Positions 32,331 to 32,903 of a DNA stretch of 32,903 nt are shown here, piece after piece. The stretch is from Octopus bimaculoides. Lineage: Eukaryota. The notes beneath the pieces are model-generated. The model was not told where the DNA came from. It made no database searches and saw only the letters and a program-made list of their open reading frames with translations. The stretch spans positions 35,656,760-35,689,662 of the forward strand of contig NC_068990.1 in assembly GCF_001194135.2 (NCBI RefSeq), in the 5' to 3' direction. Every line of letters starts with the position of its first letter. Position 1 is the stretch's first letter. The position numbers were made by a program, and so were the translations under genes.

Positions 32331-32469
32331 TCTTGTTAATATAATTAGTCACAACAAAAAATGATGGATCGATTTCACATTAATTTTTCATTGTCGTTGT
32401 GACAATGCGGAAAAGTTCAATAAGCAGAGGGACTATTATATATTTAAGTGATATAATAAACAGGAGCAC

Positions 32470-32570
32470 GCGCGCAAGCGTACACACACAGACGCAAACA
32501 TACACGCAAACTCACGCACACTCACGCACGCATACACACGCACACATGCATACATTCATACATACATACA
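32470..32570. repeat. (CA)n/(CG)n/(CATA)n microsatellite
   Basis: Direct. Confidence 0.9.
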
Positions 32571-32722
32571 TGGCTTTGTGGTAAGAAGCTTGCTTCCCAA
32601 TCACATGACTCCCGTTCAGTCCCATTACGTGGCACCTTGGGCAAGTGTGTTTATCTATAGCCTCAGACCGTCCAAAACCTTGTGAGTGGATTTGGCAGAC
32701 GGAAACTGAAAGAATATCCTTG
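32571..32722 (+). mobile_element. tRNA-derived, CORE-like SINE
   Basis: GGCTTTGTGGTAAGAAGCTTGCTTCCCAA...GTTCAGTCCC (tRNA-like head), then GGCACCTTGGGCAAGTG (CORE-like) and CCTTGTGAGTGGATTTGGCAGACGGAAACTGAAAGAA. Confidence 0.85.
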
Positions 32723-32903
32723 TGTGTATATACATAATCGGAATTTCGTCTTTCTGAACCGACTGGCCCTGAAGTGACTTATGCATAATTGAACTTTTTT
32801 AAAATTATTTATATGATATCATGTTGTTGTATATTTTATTCATTGTATTTAATATAATATTGTAATATAAATTAATTATTGAACGTTAATAGAATATCTC
32901 TAT

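Noticed and set aside
1-32903. CRISPR arrays, rRNA, true tRNA genes, prokaryotic operons
   Set aside because: No regular repeat-spacer array or rRNA-like segment. The tRNA-like sequences lack complete cloverleaves and continue into SINE bodies, and the DNA is clearly eukaryotic repeat-rich sequence.

Overview
AT-rich eukaryotic non-coding DNA (intronic or intergenic) with dense compound microsatellites, six N-gaps (about 1.6 kb in total) and layered transposon debris. The repeat style and SINE families resemble octopus/cephalopod genomic DNA; this is inference from recognition, not a search. I can support no intact protein-coding gene. Most ORFs in the supplied track are microsatellite or gap artefacts, or antisense shadows of transposon remnants. 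Recognisable pieces: a Penelope-type terminal repeat with a minimal hammerhead ribozyme (about 541-700); two stacked RLE-type (R4/Dong-like) LINE 3' ends; a fold-back mariner built from two 5' ends (4214-5000); CR1/L2-like and RTE LINE remnants; a decayed Helitron with an OTU cysteine-protease domain upstream of its Rep region, split by an unidentified 1.1-kb insert (19680-22580); a Penelope RT/GIY-YIG fragment followed 30 nt after its stop by a tRNA-like Pol III head; several tRNA-derived SINEs including a four-copy pile-up; a possible hAT remnant; and a pre-miRNA-like hairpin at about 31431-31514. All protein-family assignments come from manual translation and remembered family motifs; no database search was run.
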